This document shows positions 23,435-26,972 of a stretch of 26,972 nucleotides of DNA, piece by piece. The stretch's first letter is position 1; each line of letters begins with the position of its first letter. The stretch comes from an uncultured Solibacteraceae bacterium (GTDB taxonomy: Bacteria; Acidobacteriota; Holophagae; Holophagales; Holophagaceae): contig CAYQAS010000057.1 in assembly GCA_964415525.1 (NCBI GenBank), positions 1-26,972 on the forward strand. The letters are read 5' to 3'. Both the position numbers and the translations under genes were made by a program. A model generated the notes under the pieces. That model was not told the DNA's origin, did not search any database, and saw only the letters and a list, made by a program, of their open reading frames with translations.

Positions 23435-25503
23435 GGCTCGCTCCTGCGGAGGTCCACGAGTGTGTCCTGGTAGGACGGCTGTCCTCCCAGGCCCGTGGCG
23501 CCCGTGACGGCGGCGGGGACGGGACAGGAGGCGTCGGTCAGCTCATTGAGTTCCGGCCAGGCGTCGTTGAGGCCGATCTGGCCCGGCAGCAGCTCCGTGG
23601 TCCACTCCACGCGCACCCGCGCCGATCCGCGGTCATTCCAGATCACGGCGAGTTGGCCGTCTCCGATGCCGCGGCGGGAGGCGTCCACCGGATGCACGTG
23701 GAGCAGGGGCTCCGGTTCCAGGGCGCGGAGGGTGGGCAGCACGCGGTGGCTGTCGTGGAAGCTGTGGAAGTGCGTGTTGCGGCGTTCGGACAGCAGCCTC
23801 AGGGGATACCGGGCGGCGAGCTCCGGGTGGCCTTCGGGGCTTTCCGGGGCCGCTTCCGCCGTGGGGAGGGGTGGCAGCCCGAGGTCCGCAGCGGCCTGGG
23901 AATGAAATGCGAAGCGCCCGGAGGGCGTCTCGAATCGAAGGTCCCCATAGGGCACCGCGGGAAGTTGTGCCGGTAGTCCTTCAGGATGGCGTCGCAGATC
24001 CGTGACCGTGGCAGGCCGGCACGCTGCGGAATCCAGGCAGGCGTTCAGGCACGCCTCCTTGTCCGCCCAAGGGAAATAGTCCGTCACGTCCAGGCGGCGG
24101 GCCAGATCGTCCATCCATCCGGAGGCCTCGCGGCAGGCGCCGGGGGGATCCAGGGCCTTGTCCATGAGGTAGATCCGGCTGTTGGAGGTCCGCAAGCCCA
24201 GCTCCTCCAGCCAGGAGGTGGCCGGAAGCACGAGATCCGCCGCCTCCCGGGCGGTGTGGTTCAGGAACAGATCGTTGACCACCACGAGCGGAATCCGGGC
24301 GAACTGACTCCGGAGGCGGTTCAAGTGCGGCCATTGGGAAAGGGGGTTTCCCCCCACGACGAGCAGCGTGTCGATGTCACCCGCCTCCAGGGCGGCATCG
24401 ATGGCGCCGTGGTTGTTCTCGGGGTAGCCAATGCCGCCGGGGCGGCGCTCCCGGGCCTGGAGGTCCAGGTTCCAGTCGATGGCCTCCCCCCAGATGACCC
24501 CGCCTCCGGGGATTCCGATGTGACCTCCGAGGGCCACCAGGCAGAGGATGGCGCGGACCATCTGCACGCCGTTCCAGCGCTTTCCCAGGGCGCCTCGACT
24601 GAGGTTGGTGCAGAGGGGCCGATGCTCGCCATAGAGGCGTGCCAGGCGCTCCAGGTCCTCCAGGCGCAGGTCGCAAGCCCGGGCCGCCTCCCGGGGTTCC
24701 AGGGCCAGGACGTGGGCGCGGTAGGCCTCGTATCCATCGCCCAGGGACCGCATCGCAGTTTCGTCCACGAGGCCATGGCGCACCATGAGGCCTGCCACGC
24801 CATTGGCGAGCCAGGTGTCGCTGCCCGGGCGAGGACGCAGGTGCCAGGTGCTCAGGGCGGCGGTCTGGGAGACCCGGGGATCGATGGTGACCACCTCGCC
24901 ACCTCGGTCCCGGACCTGGAGCAGGTAGGGCACGAGGTTGGCCTGGGAGGCAGCCGGATCCTGAGCCCAGTTCACGAGGGCTGACGCGTGGTGACCGGTC
25001 TCCACGGGATCGTGCAGGCCCCAGTATCCCGTGAGGGACTGGGCCAGGCCGACGTCGTACCAGCAGGGGAAGTTGCCATCCCAGAGGGTCATGCCCAGGA
25101 GGTTGGCGAAGCGTGGCGTGAGGATCTTCCAGTTCACCCGCTGCACGATGTTGCCGTGGCTGTGATACAGCGCATTGGCCTGAGGGCGTCCCGCGTCGAG
25201 GTTCGTGCGCATGCGACCCGCGATGCATCCCAGGGCCTCCTCCCAGGAGATGGATTCCCACTGGCCGGAGCCCCGGGGGCCGAGGCGCCGGAGCGGCTGG
25301 GTCAGCCGTTCCGATGCACGCTGGATTTCACCCGAGGCCTGGCCTTTCACGCAGAGGCGGCCGCGGCTGACATCGTGGTGGGGATTGCCTTCCAGCCCGA
25401 CCAGGGCCCCGTGCTCCACTTCCACTCGCAGCCCGCAGTTCACGGGCCAGCAATTGTGCGGGCAGACGGTGTGGTGGATCGTGCGTCCAAACGTGGCATC
25501 CAT
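23431..25503 (-). CDS. Molybdopterin (Mo/W-bisPGD, DMSO-reductase-superfamily) oxidoreductase catalytic subunit, 690 aa, with no Tat signal
   Basis: An N-terminal Fe-S Cys cluster (HHTVCPHNCWPVNCGL) is followed by ..LCVKGQ.. and then a typical Mo-bisPGD fold. The N-terminus begins directly at the Cys motif, with no RRxFL Tat motif. I checked that an in-frame stop lies 14 codons upstream with no alternative start between it and the ATG. Confidence 0.85.
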   Translation of the reverse strand: MDATFGRTIHHTVCPHNCWPVNCGLRVEVEHGALVGLEGNPHHDVSRGRLCVKGQASGEIQRASERLTQPLRRLGPRGSGQWESISWEEALGCIAGRMRTNLDAGRPQANALYHSHGNIVQRVNWKILTPRFANLLGMTLWDGNFPCWYDVGLAQSLTGYWGLHDPVETGHHASALVNWAQDPAASQANLVPYLLQVRDRGGEVVTIDPRVSQTAALSTWHLRPRPGSDTWLANGVAGLMVRHGLVDETAMRSLGDGYEAYRAHVLALEPREAARACDLRLEDLERLARLYGEHRPLCTNLSRGALGKRWNGVQMVRAILCLVALGGHIGIPGGGVIWGEAIDWNLDLQARERRPGGIGYPENNHGAIDAALEAGDIDTLLVVGGNPLSQWPHLNRLRSQFARIPLVVVNDLFLNHTAREAADLVLPATSWLEELGLRTSNSRIYLMDKALDPPGACREASGWMDDLARRLDVTDYFPWADKEACLNACLDSAACRPATVTDLRRHPEGLPAQLPAVPYGDLRFETPSGRFAFHSQAAADLGLPPLPTAEAAPESPEGHPELAARYPLRLLSERRNTHFHSFHDSHRVLPTLRALEPEPLLHVHPVDASRRGIGDGQLAVIWNDRGSARVRVEWTTELLPGQIGLNDAWPELNELTDASCPVPAAVTGATGLGGQPSYQDTLVDLRRSEP

Positions 25504-25558
25504 GCTGATGAGGCTCCCGCCGATGAGGGCCCTGGAAAGGGGGGCTCAGGCCAATGGG

Positions 25559-25885
25559 TCAGTTCTGATCGTAGAGCCGCATGGCCAGCCCGCCATGGGC
25601 GGCGGCGCCGCCGGCGCGCAGGGCCGAAGCCAGCAGGATGGCCTCCGCCACCTCCGCCTTGGTGGCGCCGGCCTTCTTCGCGGCGGCCACGTGGACGTCG
25701 ATGCAGTAGGCGCACTGGGTGGTGTGGGCCACGGCGATGGCGATCAGCTCGCGGTATTTGCGGGGGATGGCACCGTCCTCCCGGGCCACGATGCGGTCCA
25801 GGTCGAGCCAGGCCTTGAAGTCCTGGGGGGCGGCGGCGGCGAGTTCCTTCAGGTGCTTGAGGTCTTCTGGGGACTGATAGGACAT
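25559..25885 (-). CDS. Carboxymuconolactone decarboxylase / AhpD-like family protein, 108 aa
   Basis: The AhpD-type motif HTTQCAYCIDVH (CxxC...H) is present, and the ~110-aa size fits the CMD family. Confidence 0.7.
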   Translation of the reverse strand: MSYQSPEDLKHLKELAAAAPQDFKAWLDLDRIVAREDGAIPRKYRELIAIAVAHTTQCAYCIDVHVAAAKKAGATKAEVAEAILLASALRAGGAAAHGGLAMRLYDQN

Positions 25886-25922
25886 GGAATCCTCCTGGGC
25901 GGTGCGAAACCGCCTGCAAATA

Positions 25923-25954
25923 GGGCCGGGGTGCCCGTTCGGAAGCCCCGGCCC
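25923..25954 (-). terminator. Putative intrinsic terminator downstream of the PFOR gene
   Basis: GGGCCGGGG-(14-nt loop)-CCCCGGCCC forms a 9-bp GC stem. On the minus strand it is followed by CTATTTGC. A second small hairpin, GGCGG-tgcgaaa-CCGCC, is at 25896-25912. Confidence 0.4.
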
Positions 25955-25975
25955 GGTTGAAAGGTGATCGAGCTG

Positions 25976-26972
<997 letters not shown>

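Noticed and set aside
22621-25818. + strand ORFs (22621-23976, 23986-24984, 24988-25818) and the - strand ORF 24377-25261
   Set aside because: They are antisense or alternate-frame overlaps of the Mo-oxidoreductase, Fe-S and AhpD genes, and are extremely Arg/Gly/Pro-rich.

Overview
This is a high-GC (~65-70%) bacterial chromosomal window, densely coding on both strands, with protein families typical of Acidobacteriota/Holophagae-like genomes. The taxon is a guess from composition and gene content only. Working from the ORF track and the sequence by eye, I call about 23 genes. Left to right they are: a 5'-truncated ORF (possibly a U32-peptidase C-terminal domain); a YbaN/DUF454 membrane protein; a minus-strand operon of an S41 C-terminal processing peptidase and a LolA-like secreted protein; a divergent sppA (67K-type S49 signal peptide peptidase); a minus-strand hemA-hemC-hemD operon with overlapping stop/start codons; a large secreted M14 metallopeptidase; an orphan 774-aa flotillin/SPFH protein containing 5-6 internal ~75-aa tandem repeats; a single-domain PilZ protein divergent from a PaaK/F390-synthetase-like adenylate-forming enzyme; ybaK; an unknown 392-aa secreted protein; a tiny low-GC gene for a secreted two-cysteine peptide whose promoter spacer carries a G9/C9 homopolymer (candidate phase variation); a TetR regulator and a YqhD-like Fe-alcohol dehydrogenase, each preceded by the same 16-bp motif; a Hanks-type Ser/Thr kinase with a periplasmic beta-propeller; a minus-strand operon of an AhpD-like protein, a Tat-less molybdopterin oxidoreductase, a 4x[4Fe-4S] subunit and a DmsC/NrfD-like anchor; and the 3' end of a pyruvate:ferredoxin oxidoreductase gene running off the window. 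I recognise no rRNA, tRNA, CRISPR array, IS element or integrase. Most long antisense ORFs in the track are GC-frame artefacts. The candidate phase-variable secreted peptide, the repeat-expanded flotillin and the Tat-less Mo-enzyme module are the items I would follow up first.
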